From positions 5,611-69,610 of the forward strand of contig DASPJN010000254.1 of assembly GCA_035628595.1 (NCBI GenBank): DNA of 64,000 nt, read 5' to 3'. Source of the stretch: Chryseosolibacter sp. GTDB taxonomy: Bacteria; Bacteroidota; Bacteroidia; Cytophagales; Cyclobacteriaceae. The notes beneath the pieces were generated by a model. It did not search any database and had not been told where the DNA came from. It was given only the letters and a program-made list of their open reading frames with translations. The position numbers and the translations under genes are program-made. Below, in pieces: positions 8,527-19,300 of the stretch (positions within the stretch are counted from its first letter, which is position 1; each line of letters opens with the position of its first letter).

Positions 8527-9707
8527 AGAAAGACTGGAAATATATCCTGTATGTGTCGGCCGCACTCGGTATCTTCGTCCTGTTTAAGCTGATGACACCG
8601 AAACAGTTTGATTGGTCGGAGACATATGCGCATGATGATAAAGATCCGTACGGTACATTTGCATTGTTTGAATTGTTGCCTTCCGTAAGTGATGGCGCAG
8701 GTGTAAATCATTCCTATCAAACATTGTACGAGCTTGGCGATTCCATGAAATCAGGATCCAACATTTTTATTCTTTCGCGATACTTTAGTCCTCAAAAAGA
8801 AGACGTGAATACATTGTTGAAGCATGTAAATAATGGCGGTACCGCCTTTATTGGCGCTCGTCACATTTCCGGCATTTTAGCCGATACACTGAAACTGCAG
8901 ACTTATGATAATCTTTTCGGAGGCAGCGAATTCTTCGACAAAAAAGATAGCGCATATGTTTCTTTCCTCAATCCAGCCCTTGACACAACGCATAAATTCT
9001 GGTACCGGCGTGACGATGTTTACAACTATTTCAAGAAGTTTGACACGACGCGCACAACGGTAGTTGCACAGAATAGCGAAAAGCTACCAGTAACGATAAG
9101 AGTAACGTGGGGTGAAGGAAATCTTATACTCACGAGTGCGCCAGTGACATTTACAAACATTTATCTGTTGAGCGGTAAGAATAGCGATTACGTTTCAGGT
9201 TGTTTGTCATATCTGCAGACGTCGCCAATCTTTTGGACGGAGTTCTATCACCTCGGACGCATGGAAGCACGCACGCCATTGCGTTACATTCTGAAGACTG
9301 AACCACTCGCGTGGGCATACTATCTGACGATCGCTTCACTAGTTATTTTCATGATATTCGAAGCGAAACGGCGACAACGCGTTATTCCGGTAATCAAACC
9401 GCTTGGAAATACGACGCTGGAATTTGTCTCGACAATCGGTAATCTTTATTTCCAAAGTGCAAATCACAAAAACATCGCCGAGAAGAAAATCCAGTTTTTG
9501 CTTGAGCAAATAAGAACAAGATATCGACTGGACACAACACGTCTTGACGATGACTTTTTAAAAGCATTAGCGCTAAAGGCAGGAAAGCCATCTCACGAAA
9601 TTAATATGCTGTTTTCCGATATCACATCTATTCTTTCACTGCCTGATATCAGTTCGGCACAGTTGAAGGATCTCAATTTAAAAATTGAAAAGTTTAACCA
9701 CCCCTAA
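8523..9707 (+). CDS. DUF4350 (GldG/ABC-auxiliary-like) domain-containing membrane protein
   Basis: GTG start overlaps the previous stop (GTGA). N- and C-proximal TM helices. The segment FWTEFYHLGR...AWAYYLTIASLVIFMIFEAKRRQR is typical of DUF4350 proteins. Confidence 0.65.
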   Translation: MKKDWKYILYVSAALGIFVLFKLMTPKQFDWSETYAHDDKDPYGTFALFELLPSVSDGAGVNHSYQTLYELGDSMKSGSNIFILSRYFSPQKEDVNTLLKHVNNGGTAFIGARHISGILADTLKLQTYDNLFGGSEFFDKKDSAYVSFLNPALDTTHKFWYRRDDVYNYFKKFDTTRTTVVAQNSEKLPVTIRVTWGEGNLILTSAPVTFTNIYLLSGKNSDYVSGCLSYLQTSPIFWTEFYHLGRMEARTPLRYILKTEPLAWAYYLTIASLVIFMIFEAKRRQRVIPVIKPLGNTTLEFVSTIGNLYFQSANHKNIAEKKIQFLLEQIRTRYRLDTTRLDDDFLKALALKAGKPSHEINMLFSDITSILSLPDISSAQLKDLNLKIEKFNHP

Positions 9708-9723
9708 CTGAACGAATTGAAAT

Positions 9724-10701
9724 ATGGAATCACGAATATTTGAAAACCGCGTTGACCTCACAAATCTGAATGCGAGTGTGCTGCGTATACGGGAGGAAGT
9801 CGCGAAGATTATCGTAGGACAGGAGCAAATGGTTGATCTGTTGGTGACCGCTATCCTGGCTGATGGGCATGTGCTCATTGAGGGTGTACCTGGTGTAGCC
9901 AAGACGTTGACGGCAAAACTCCTGGCGAAAGTGATCTCGGTAAAATTCACGCGTATTCAATTTACGCCCGACCTGATGCCATCAGATGTTCTGGGCACTT
10001 CTGTTTATAACATGCAGAAGTCAGCATTTGAATTCAAATCAGGACCGATCTTTTCTAACATTGTCCTGATCGATGAGATAAACCGCGCTCCGGCGAAAAC
10101 GCAATCTGCATTGTTCGAGGTGATGGAAGAGCGACAGGTGACCATTGATGGCGCGACTTATAAAATGGATGTGCCTTATATCGTGGTGGCAACTCAAAAT
10201 CCGATCGAGCATGAGGGAACATATCGTTTGCCAGAGGCGCAGCTTGATCGCTTTTTATTTAAGATTTCTGTGCAGTACCCTTCGCTTGAACAGGAAATAG
10301 CAATCATTAGTGGCCACCATAAGCGCAAGGGTCACGCTGCGATAACAGAAGTGAATGCAGTACTTTCAGCAAATGAAATCAAAGCTTACAGAGAGATCGT
10401 GCAACAGATTCATGTGGAGGATAACTTGCTGCAGTACATTGGGAAAATCATCCATGAAACGAGGAATAATCATGCGCTCTTTCTTGGCGGGTCGCCACGC
10501 GCGTCGGTTGCAATTCTCAATGCCTCGAAGGCTTACGCTGCGGTGAACGGAAGGGATTTTGTAACACCTGAAGATATCAAATTTGTTTCAACCCCGGTTT
10601 TGCGTCACCGCTTATCGTTAACACCTGAGAAGGAAATGGAAGGATTGACGACGGATGAAATTATCCGACAGATCGTTGACAACGTAGAGGTGCCCCGATA
10701 G
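9724..10701 (+). CDS. MoxR-family AAA+ ATPase
   Basis: Walker A GVPGVAKT, Walker B VLIDEINRAPAKTQSALFEVMEE, ATQNPIEHEGTYRLPEAQLDRF and GSPRAS lid motif. About 325 aa, the classic MoxR size. Confidence 0.92.
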   Translation: MESRIFENRVDLTNLNASVLRIREEVAKIIVGQEQMVDLLVTAILADGHVLIEGVPGVAKTLTAKLLAKVISVKFTRIQFTPDLMPSDVLGTSVYNMQKSAFEFKSGPIFSNIVLIDEINRAPAKTQSALFEVMEERQVTIDGATYKMDVPYIVVATQNPIEHEGTYRLPEAQLDRFLFKISVQYPSLEQEIAIISGHHKRKGHAAITEVNAVLSANEIKAYREIVQQIHVEDNLLQYIGKIIHETRNNHALFLGGSPRASVAILNASKAYAAVNGRDFVTPEDIKFVSTPVLRHRLSLTPEKEMEGLTTDEIIRQIVDNVEVPR

Positions 10702-12032
10702 TGAAGATCCTTAAAAGCATATATCTGAATAACCGACTTTTCCTTGCTATTGGAATTGTTGTGTTTGCTTTTGTGATAAGCTTTGTGGTCGGCGGATATA
10801 TCTTCCTGCCTAAAACATTATTTTATGTTTTACTTTCGATCATCGCAACGGATCTAATCCTGCTTTTCCGATTCCGGAAAGGTATTGACGGCGCGCGTGA
10901 AACACCGGACAAACTTTCAAATGGTGACGAGAATCTGCTTACCATTCATGTAGAGAATTTCTATCCATTTAAAATTCACATTCGTGTCATTGATGAGATC
11001 CCGCATCAGTTCCAAAGACGTGATGTTAGTTTTTTGAGAGCCGTAGAAGCAGGTGGCGAGTCCACGATCGAGTACCAGCTTCGGCCTGTTAAACGTGGTG
11101 AATATTCTTTTGGCGCGGTGAATATCTTCGCGCAATCACCGATCGGATTTTTCTCGCGACGATTCCGCTTTTCGGCAAACAAGATTGTACCAGTTTACCC
11201 TTCCTACTTGCAAATGCGGAAATACGAATTGCTCGCAATCTCGAACCGGCTTACGGAAACGGGGATCAAGAAGATTCGTCGGATCGGGCACAACATGGAG
11301 TTCGAGCTTATTAAAGAATATGTTTCCGGTGATGACTACCGGACGATCAACTGGAAGGCGACTGCCCGGAAGTCGCAACTAATGGTCAACCATTTCCAGG
11401 ATGAACGCTCGCAACAAGTTTACAATCTCATTGACAAAGGACGCGTAATGCAAATGCCATTCGATGGCCTCAGTCTGCTCGACTATGCCATCAATGCGTC
11501 TTTGGTCATTTCAAATATTGCCATCAGGAAATCAGATAAAGCAGGCCTGCTGACCTTTCAGGATAAGATCGGGACGTATGTTGCCCCTGGCAGAGCAAGC
11601 AATCAGATGTCGCGTATTCTCGAAACGCTTTACAATCAAAAGACAGCGTACAGGGAAACGGATTTCGGCGCAGTTTACAATTTCGTTCGAAGAAAGATCA
11701 CCCAACGAAGTTTGTTGCTTTTGTACACAAATTTTGAGTCGATCTACAGTCTTGAACGCCAGCTTCCTTTTCTCAAAAAGCTGGCTCATCAACATCTTTT
11801 GGTTGTCATTTTTTTCGAGAACACTGAAATGAAGGCTTTGATCGAGCAACCAGCCGATGATCTTCGTCAAATTTACCACAAAGCTATTGCTGAGCGTTTT
11901 GCTTATGAGCGCAAACTGATAGTGCGGGAATTAAAGAATCATGGTATCCAGGCGGTTCTTACAGCGCCGAAAGATCTTACCGTCAACACGATCAATAAAT
12001 ACCTGGAATTAAAAGCTCGTGGGTTGATTTGA
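10701..12032 (+). CDS. DUF58 (vWA-like) domain-containing membrane protein, MoxR partner
   Basis: GTG start overlaps the moxR stop by 1 nt. Two N-terminal TM helices. The segment EYVSGDDYRTINWKATARKSQLMVNHFQDERSQ is the DUF58 signature. Confidence 0.85.
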   Translation: MKILKSIYLNNRLFLAIGIVVFAFVISFVVGGYIFLPKTLFYVLLSIIATDLILLFRFRKGIDGARETPDKLSNGDENLLTIHVENFYPFKIHIRVIDEIPHQFQRRDVSFLRAVEAGGESTIEYQLRPVKRGEYSFGAVNIFAQSPIGFFSRRFRFSANKIVPVYPSYLQMRKYELLAISNRLTETGIKKIRRIGHNMEFELIKEYVSGDDYRTINWKATARKSQLMVNHFQDERSQQVYNLIDKGRVMQMPFDGLSLLDYAINASLVISNIAIRKSDKAGLLTFQDKIGTYVAPGRASNQMSRILETLYNQKTAYRETDFGAVYNFVRRKITQRSLLLLYTNFESIYSLERQLPFLKKLAHQHLLVVIFFENTEMKALIEQPADDLRQIYHKAIAERFAYERKLIVRELKNHGIQAVLTAPKDLTVNTINKYLELKARGLI

Positions 12033-12152
12033 GAGTTCCTGCTTCAAACTTGTACTTCAGTTAATCAATTCTGACTGTAATTTCTTAGTGTTCGAACCCT
12101 TCGGAGCAATTCATAAAGAAAAACGACGAAAAATCGCATCGCGAGTCCTGAA

Positions 12153-12183
12153 GTGAACTACGGTTCATGATTTTTTATTTTTG
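12153..12183 (+). terminator. Weak candidate terminator downstream of the MoxR/DUF58 operon
   Basis: GTGAAC-tacg-GTTCAT 6-bp stem (one G-U pair) followed by GATTTTTTATTTTT. The stem is AT-rich and short. Confidence 0.3.
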
Positions 12184-12279
12184 TGCCGTAGAGTTTAGTC
12201 TGTTTGAATTCGAACGTAGTGTTTTCAAAAATTCCCTTAAAAAAACGAGGGGTTTCTGCGTTACCACCATTCTCTGAAT

Positions 12280-12287
12280 TATTTTTG
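12280..12287 (+). promoter_or_regulatory. Candidate Bacteroidota -7 promoter box for carB
   Basis: TATTTTTG matches TAnnTTTG, 35 nt upstream of the carB ATG. No clean -33 TTTG seen. Confidence 0.35.
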
Positions 12288-12322
12288 CGCAATTTTATTC
12301 ATCCCTTTCCAAAACTCTAACA

Positions 12323-15139
12323 ATGCCAAGAGACAGAAGTATTCGTTCGGTACTGATCATCGGTAGCGGTCCTATCATTATTGGTCAAGCTTGTGAATTC
12401 GATTATGCAGGGTCACAGGCATCACGGTCACTACGCGAAGAAGGCATTGAGGTTGTGTTGATTAACTCAAATCCGGCAACCATTATGACGGACAAGGTGA
12501 CCGCCGACCACGTTTACCTTAAGCCGCTAACGAAGAAGTCCATTCGCGAAATTCTTGACAAACACCACATTGATGCTGTTCTGCCCACGATGGGTGGCCA
12601 AACGGCTCTGAACCTTTGCATTGATTGCGACAAAGCTGGGATATGGCAGCATTACGGCGTCAGAATTATTGGCGTGGATATTAAAGCGATCGAAACCACT
12701 GAAGACCGCGAAAAATTCCGGTTGAAAATGCACGAGCTCGGAGTGGGCGTGTGTAAAGGTTCAACTGCAACATCTTTCCTCCAGGGTAAGGAAATTGCAC
12801 AGGAGATCGGGTTTCCGCTTGTCATTCGTCCCTCATACACGCTTGGCGGAACCGGTGGAGGCTTTGTCCAAAATCCTGAAGATTTTGACGAGGCGCTTAA
12901 TAACGGACTTCATGCGTCACCTATTCACGAGGTTCTTGTTGAGCAAAGTATATTTGGTTGGAAGGAGTACGAGCTTGAATTATTGCGCGATAACATCGGC
13001 AATGTGATCATCATTTGCTCAATAGAAAACTTCGACCCAATGGGTATTCACACAGGCGATTCGATTACAGTTGCGCCTGCAATGACCCTGCCTGATACCA
13101 CGTATCAGAAGATGCGGGACCTTGCTATTAAAATGATGAATGGCATCGGAAAGTTTGCTGGTGGATGCAACGTTCAGTTCGCGCTCAACCCGGATAACTA
13201 TGACGAGATCATCGGTATTGAGATCAACCCGCGTGTATCAAGATCATCCGCGCTTGCCTCAAAAGCGACAGGTTACCCGATTGCAAAAATTGCAGCCAAG
13301 CTCGCGATCGGCTACAATCTCGACGAACTAAAAAATGCAATCACTGGAACGACAACTGCTTATTTCGAACCGGCAGTAGATTACGTAATTGTAAAGATAC
13401 CTCGCTGGAATTTTGACAAGTTTCATGGAGCCAATCGCCAACTCGGGCTTCAGATGAAATCAGTTGGGGAGGTGATGGGAATTGGCAGAAATTTTCAGGA
13501 GGCGTTACAGAAGGCCTGTCAGTCGCTTGAGATTCGTCGGAACGGTATTGGTGCTGATGGTAAATCGCTCACGAAACAGGATGAGATTTTGCATAGCCTC
13601 GAACATCCTACCTGGAACCGGATCTTTCATATTTACGATGCCATCAAGCTTGGGATTCCTCTGAAAACTATTCAGAAACTGACAAGAATAGATCGCTGGT
13701 TCCTGAAGCAAATTGAGGAACTCATCGAGCTAGAAAAGGAAATTGAAAAGTATTCGCTGGACGACATTCCGAAAGAGCTCATGAAGAAAGCGAAAGAGAA
13801 AGGCTATGCAGATCGACAGATTGCGCACCTGCTCGATTGTCGTGAAAGCGAAGTTCATGCAAAGCGAAAGGTGATGGGCATCAAGCGTGTTTATAAACTC
13901 GTAGACACCTGTGCTGCTGAATTTGAAGCGAAGACACCATACTACTATTCAACATTCGACAATGAGAATGAATCCGTCTCATCGAACAAGAAAAAAGTGA
14001 TTGTGCTTGGCTCCGGGCCGAACAGGATTGGCCAGGGAATTGAGTTTGACTATTCATGTGTGCATGGTGTACTCGCAGCGAAAGAGTGCGACTATGAAAC
14101 CATCATGATCAATTGTAATCCTGAAACGGTATCAACAGATTTTGATATAGCGGATAAACTGTATTTCGAACCCGTGTTCTGGGAACATTTATACGATATT
14201 ATCGAACACGAGAAACCAGAAGGTATAATTGTTCAGCTTGGCGGTCAGACTGCGTTAAAGCTTGCCGAAAAATTGCACGCTTACGGCATCAACATCATTG
14301 GAACATCTTTCGACTCCCTTGACCTTGCCGAAGACCGTGGCCGATTCTCAACTTTGCTCAAAGATCTCGGAATTCCGTATCCTGAATTTGGAGTCGCAAG
14401 AAATGCTGACGAAGCGATCGAGGCATCGAAGCAGATAGGCTTCCCGTTGCTCGTCCGGCCGTCTTACGTATTGGGTGGGCAAAGCATGAAGATTGTGATC
14501 AACGAGCAGGAGCTTGAAGATCATATTCTTGATATCTGGAAACACCTTCCCGAAAACAAGGTACTCCTCGACCATTTTCTCGATGGCGCAATAGAAGCGG
14601 AGGCGGATGCCATTTGCGATGGTGAAGATGTGTATATCATCGGTGTGATGCAGCACATTGAGCCGGCTGGAATTCACTCTGGTGATTCGTATGCGGTGCT
14701 CCCTCCGTTTAACCTTGGCGATTTCGTACAGAAGCAGATTGAAAACTATACAATAAGAATTGCACAAGCGTTGAAAGTGAAAGGTCTTATCAACATCCAG
14801 TTTGCAATTAAGAAAGACAAGGTGTACGTCATTGAAGCGAACCCACGTGCGTCGCGAACTGTGCCTTTTATCTGCAAAGCATACGATGAACCGTACGTGA
14901 ACTACGCGACGAAGGTCATGCTCGGAGCGAAGAAAGTGAAAGACTTTCAGTTCAATCCAACAAGAAGAGGTTACGCCATTAAGGAGCCGGTATTTTCCTT
15001 CAACAAATTTCCGGATGTTAATAAGGAGCTTGGACCGGAAATGAAGTCAACAGGCGAATCCATTTATTTTATTGATGATTTGATGGACGATTATTTCCTG
15101 AAGATTTACTCGGAAAGAAACCTGTATCTGAGCCGCTAA
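12323..15139 (+). CDS. carB: Carbamoyl-phosphate synthase large subunit (short form without C-terminal allosteric domain)
   Basis: Two ATP-grasp halves: VLIIGSGPIIIGQACEFDYAGSQA and VIVLGSGPNRIGQGIEFDYSCVHG, with IEINPRVSRSSALASKATGYPIA and IEANPRASRTVPF. 938 aa. Confidence 0.95.
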   Translation: MPRDRSIRSVLIIGSGPIIIGQACEFDYAGSQASRSLREEGIEVVLINSNPATIMTDKVTADHVYLKPLTKKSIREILDKHHIDAVLPTMGGQTALNLCIDCDKAGIWQHYGVRIIGVDIKAIETTEDREKFRLKMHELGVGVCKGSTATSFLQGKEIAQEIGFPLVIRPSYTLGGTGGGFVQNPEDFDEALNNGLHASPIHEVLVEQSIFGWKEYELELLRDNIGNVIIICSIENFDPMGIHTGDSITVAPAMTLPDTTYQKMRDLAIKMMNGIGKFAGGCNVQFALNPDNYDEIIGIEINPRVSRSSALASKATGYPIAKIAAKLAIGYNLDELKNAITGTTTAYFEPAVDYVIVKIPRWNFDKFHGANRQLGLQMKSVGEVMGIGRNFQEALQKACQSLEIRRNGIGADGKSLTKQDEILHSLEHPTWNRIFHIYDAIKLGIPLKTIQKLTRIDRWFLKQIEELIELEKEIEKYSLDDIPKELMKKAKEKGYADRQIAHLLDCRESEVHAKRKVMGIKRVYKLVDTCAAEFEAKTPYYYSTFDNENESVSSNKKKVIVLGSGPNRIGQGIEFDYSCVHGVLAAKECDYETIMINCNPETVSTDFDIADKLYFEPVFWEHLYDIIEHEKPEGIIVQLGGQTALKLAEKLHAYGINIIGTSFDSLDLAEDRGRFSTLLKDLGIPYPEFGVARNADEAIEASKQIGFPLLVRPSYVLGGQSMKIVINEQELEDHILDIWKHLPENKVLLDHFLDGAIEAEADAICDGEDVYIIGVMQHIEPAGIHSGDSYAVLPPFNLGDFVQKQIENYTIRIAQALKVKGLINIQFAIKKDKVYVIEANPRASRTVPFICKAYDEPYVNYATKVMLGAKKVKDFQFNPTRRGYAIKEPVFSFNKFPDVNKELGPEMKSTGESIYFIDDLMDDYFLKIYSERNLYLSR

Positions 15140-15248
15140 ATAATTTTTGGGTAAGTTCGTCTCAGTATTTGGGCAACATGCTGAATTGTCGGTAAGACAG
15201 AACCTATGTTTTTGATTTTTAGTTGTTGTTAATAGAAATGTATTTTCC

Positions 15249-15446
15249 ATGGTTAAGATTCTCATAATCACCGGTTTGATTCTATATGTCTTGTACAAGA
15301 TAGGCTCTTTCTTTTTTCGAGCCGGTGCCGCGTCTCAGCAATTCAGAAATCAGGGAAATCCTTCACATTTTAAAAAGAGCGACAAGAATGCGAAAGGCCC
15401 GACGATAAAAGGCGGCGAGTATATCGACTATGAAGAAATAAAATAA
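15249..15446 (+). CDS. DUF4834 family small membrane protein
   Basis: 65 aa with one N-terminal TM helix and a C-terminal GGEYIDYEEIK motif typical of DUF4834. Confidence 0.6.
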   Translation: MVKILIITGLILYVLYKIGSFFFRAGAASQQFRNQGNPSHFKKSDKNAKGPTIKGGEYIDYEEIK

Positions 15447-15451
15447 TTGTT

Positions 15452-16237
15452 TTGAAAATTAAGTTTTCTAAATACCAGGCCACGGGCAACGACTTCATCC
15501 TCATTGATAATCGATCAGGAGAATACAAATTGTCTGCCGACCATGTGAAACGCTTGTGTCATCGCAAGTTCGGTATCGGCGCTGACGGACTTATGCTGAT
15601 AGAAAAAGACCCGAACTTGGATTTCAATGTTGTCTACTATAACAGCGATGGTTCTCAAAGTCTCTGCGGAAATGGAAGCAGGGCGGCGGTAGAAATGGCC
15701 AGGTCGCTTGGAATGGTGAAGCAAAAAGCCCGCTTTAATGCCTACGACGGCGTTCATGAAGCTGAAATATTTGGTGATGATCTGATAAGATTGAAAATGA
15801 ATGACGTTGCTGACGTCAACAAGATCGGTGAAGATTTTTTCCTGAACACGGGCTCTCCACATTACGTGCGATTCGTTGGTCAGATAGAAGAGCATCCGGT
15901 TTACGAAGACGGACGAACAATCCGTTATCACGAAGCTTTCGCCCCGGGTGGCACAAATGTCAATTTCGTCGAAGTACTTGCCGATAACACAATCTATGTG
16001 AGGACATATGAACGCGGTGTCGAAAATGAAACGCTTTCATGTGGTACAGGCGTTACGGCAGCAGCGTTAGCCGCATCATTTTTAGGATATCACTCTCCCA
16101 TGAAAATTGGAACACTAGGCGGAGAGCTTTTAGTAGAGTTCAAATCCGGCCAGGATGCCGGTTCGTCTGCATTATTTACCGACATTTTTCTTATCGGGCC
16201 TGCCAAAATGGTCTTCGAAGGCCAGTTGGAACTATAA
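15452..16237 (+). CDS. dapF: Diaminopimelate epimerase
   Basis: FSKYQATGNDFILIDNR and the two catalytic Cys motifs, SLCGNGSRA and LSCGTGVTAAA. Apparent TTG start. Confidence 0.9.
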   Translation: MKIKFSKYQATGNDFILIDNRSGEYKLSADHVKRLCHRKFGIGADGLMLIEKDPNLDFNVVYYNSDGSQSLCGNGSRAAVEMARSLGMVKQKARFNAYDGVHEAEIFGDDLIRLKMNDVADVNKIGEDFFLNTGSPHYVRFVGQIEEHPVYEDGRTIRYHEAFAPGGTNVNFVEVLADNTIYVRTYERGVENETLSCGTGVTAAALAASFLGYHSPMKIGTLGGELLVEFKSGQDAGSSALFTDIFLIGPAKMVFEGQLEL

Positions 16238-16387
16238 TTGACACAAGCAGGCTTATTGCTCTCACCGTTTAAAGTCAAAATCAGGGTTGGGGGTAACCAT
16301 CAAACAACTTAACTTTAGGCCCCTAAAACGGGCAGGAAATGCATTGCTCCAATGCACGTCCGCAAATTTTTAAACTCAACGTACCCA

Positions 16388-19300
16388 ATGTTAAAATTCA
16401 TTGCTAAAATCTTTGGAACGAAATCTGACAAGGACATCAAACGAATGATGCCACTGGTTGAACAAACCAGGAAAGAGGGGGAGTCGATGAAGTCTTTGTC
16501 CAACGATGCATTGAGGAATGAGTCGCTGAAACTCCAGGATTTTATTAATGCCGAGTTAAAAGAGATCGACGCTAAAATTCAGTCGCTGCATAAACAAATT
16601 GCCGATAATCCGGCAATGGAAATTAACGAGAAAGAAATCGTATTTGCTGAAATAGACAAACTGGAGGAAGTTCGCAACACTGACCTTGAGAAAGTGCTTT
16701 TAAAAGTGCTGCCAAAGGCTTTTGCAATTGTGCGTGAAACAGCAAGAAGATTCAAAGAAAACGAGTTCATTGAAGTGACTGCTTCTGACTTTGACCGCAC
16801 CATTGCAGCTGGTAGAGATAATGTTCAGATAGTTGCCGACAAAGCACGCTGGATGAATAAGTGGATGGCGGCAGGAAATATCATAACCTGGGACATGGTT
16901 CACTACGACGTGCAGATCATCGGTGGTATTGCTTTGCATGAAGGAAAAGTTGCTGAAATGGCAACAGGCGAGGGTAAGACGCTCGTGGCAACATTGCCTG
17001 CCTTTCTAAATGCACTTGCCAAGCGTGGCGTTCATATCGTTACAGTAAACAACTACCTCGCGCAACGTGATAGTGAATGGATGGCTCCGATTTTTCAGTT
17101 CCATGGTTTAAGTATCGACTGTATCGATAAGCATGAGCCGAATTCAACGGCGCGAAAGAACGCATATCGAGCAGACATCACTTATGGAACGAACAACGAA
17201 TTCGGTTTCGATTACCTGCGTGACAATATGGCTCGAGACCCTGAGGAACTCGTTCAGCGCGCGCACCATTACGCAATGGTGGATGAAGTTGACTCTGTCT
17301 TGATTGATGAAGCGAGAACGCCATTGATTATCTCCGGGCCAGTACCCCGTGGAAACGAACACGAGTTCTACGATCTTAAACCACGGATTTTTAAGCTCGT
17401 TGAAGCCCAGAAGAAGATCATTAACGAATACCTGAATAACGCGCGTAAGCTGATCAATGAAGGAAACGAGAAGGAGGGCGGACTCAATCTTTTCCGTGCC
17501 CATCGGGCGATGCCGAAGTATAAGCCGCTTATCAAGTTTCTTAGTGAAACAGGCATGAAAGCAATCCTGCAAAAGACTGAGAATTATTATCTGCAGGACA
17601 ACAAACGCAATATGCCAGAAGCCGACAAGCCCTTGTTTTTCATCATCGATGAAAAAGACAACAGCGTTGACTTAACGGAAAAGGGTATTGATCTAATTAC
17701 AGGCGAAGGCGAGGATCCGAAATTCTTCATTCTGCCAGAAATAGCAACAGAAATTAATAAGCTTGAAAAGGATACTTCTCTTAATGAAGGTGAACAGTTT
17801 CAGAAAAAAGAAGCTGTTATTCGCGACTACCAGGTAAAGTCGCAGAGAATCCATAGTGTGAATCAGCTTCTCAAAGCTTACACGCTTTTTGAGAAGGACA
17901 CCGAATACATTGTCGTAGACGGAAAAATCAAGATTGTTGACGAGCAGACTGGTCGGGTACTTGACGGACGACGGTACTCCGATGGTTTACACCAGGCCAT
18001 CGAAGCAAAGGAAAATGTGAAGGTTGAAGACGCGACACAAACCTATGCGACAATTACCCTGCAGAATTACTTCCGCATGTATCACAAGCTTGCCGGTATG
18101 ACCGGTACTGCTGAAACGGAAGCCGGTGAACTCTGGGATATTTACAAACTGGATGTTGTTACGATTCCCACCAATAAGCCTGCTGTACGAAAAGATTATG
18201 ACGACCTTGTTTATAAGACTACGCGCGAAAAATTCAACGCGGTTATTGACGAGGTTGTGAAGTTAACACAAGCTGGACGACCGGTGCTTGTCGGAACGAC
18301 CTCTGTTGAAATTTCGGAATTAGTCAGCCGCCTGTTACAGTTGAGAAAGATCAAGCACCAGGTGTTAAATGCAAAGCAACATCAGCGCGAAGCGGAAATA
18401 GTTGCAGAAGCCGGTAAACCTGGTACTGTAACGATTGCCACAAACATGGCTGGTCGCGGTACTGACATCAAACTAACTGCGGAATCGCGCGCGGCTGGCG
18501 GCCTTGCGATTATTGGTACAGAACGCCATGAATCACGACGCGTAGACAGACAGTTGCGCGGTCGTTCTGGCCGTCAGGGTGATCCGGGAACATCACAGTT
18601 CTATGTTTCGCTCGAAGATAATCTGATGCGTCTTTTTATGCCTGAACGGATCGCCCGTATCATGGACAAGCTTGGATTGAAAGAAGGGGAGGAGATTCAA
18701 CACTCAATGGTAACAAGCTCCATTGAACGCGCGCAAAAGAAAGTCGAAGAGAATAACTTCGGAATCCGGAAGCGTTTGCTAGAGTATGATAACGTAATGA
18801 ACTCGCAGCGCGAAGTAATTTACAAGCGCAGAAGAAATGCTTTGTTTGGCGAAAGACTTGAGCTTGATATTTTGACGATGCTATTCGACACAAGCGAGGA
18901 CATGATCATTAATGCTAAAAATGCGAATGATTACGAGAGCCTCCGGTTAAATGCCTTAGGCACTTTGGGATTGGATTACGAACTGCCTAAAGCTGACTTT
19001 GAAAAATGGGATCAGAATAAAATAACGGACGATCTTTACCACAAGGCCCTCGCACATTATCATAAGAAGAACAGGATGGTAGCCGACAAAGCATTACCCG
19101 TTGTTCGCGAGATTCATCGTACACGCGGAGCAACCGTGGAGAATATCCTTGTGCCATTTACCGATGGATCCAAACAAATTGGTGTTGCGGCAAACCTGAT
19201 TAAGTGTGTAGAAACGAACAACGCTGAACTCGTCAAGGCGATGGAAAAAATGATTACCCTTGCCATCATCGATCAGCAATGGAAGGAGCATTTACGGGAA

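Noticed and set aside
12033-12322. Possible riboswitch or structured leader upstream of carB.
   Set aside because: I cannot recognise any known riboswitch core, and a TAnnTTTG box sits only 35 nt from the ATG. It is kept only as a note inside the carB finding.
14348-14767. 139-aa ORF antisense to carB. Similar long antisense ORFs occur at 15515-15931 (in dapF), 17144-17572 (in secA), 33007-33423 (in glmS) and 47071-47499 (in the DEAD-box helicase gene).
   Set aside because: Each lies entirely inside a strongly supported conserved gene on the other strand. Their compositions are arbitrary (R/S/C/H-rich) with no motifs. These are typical shadow ORFs.
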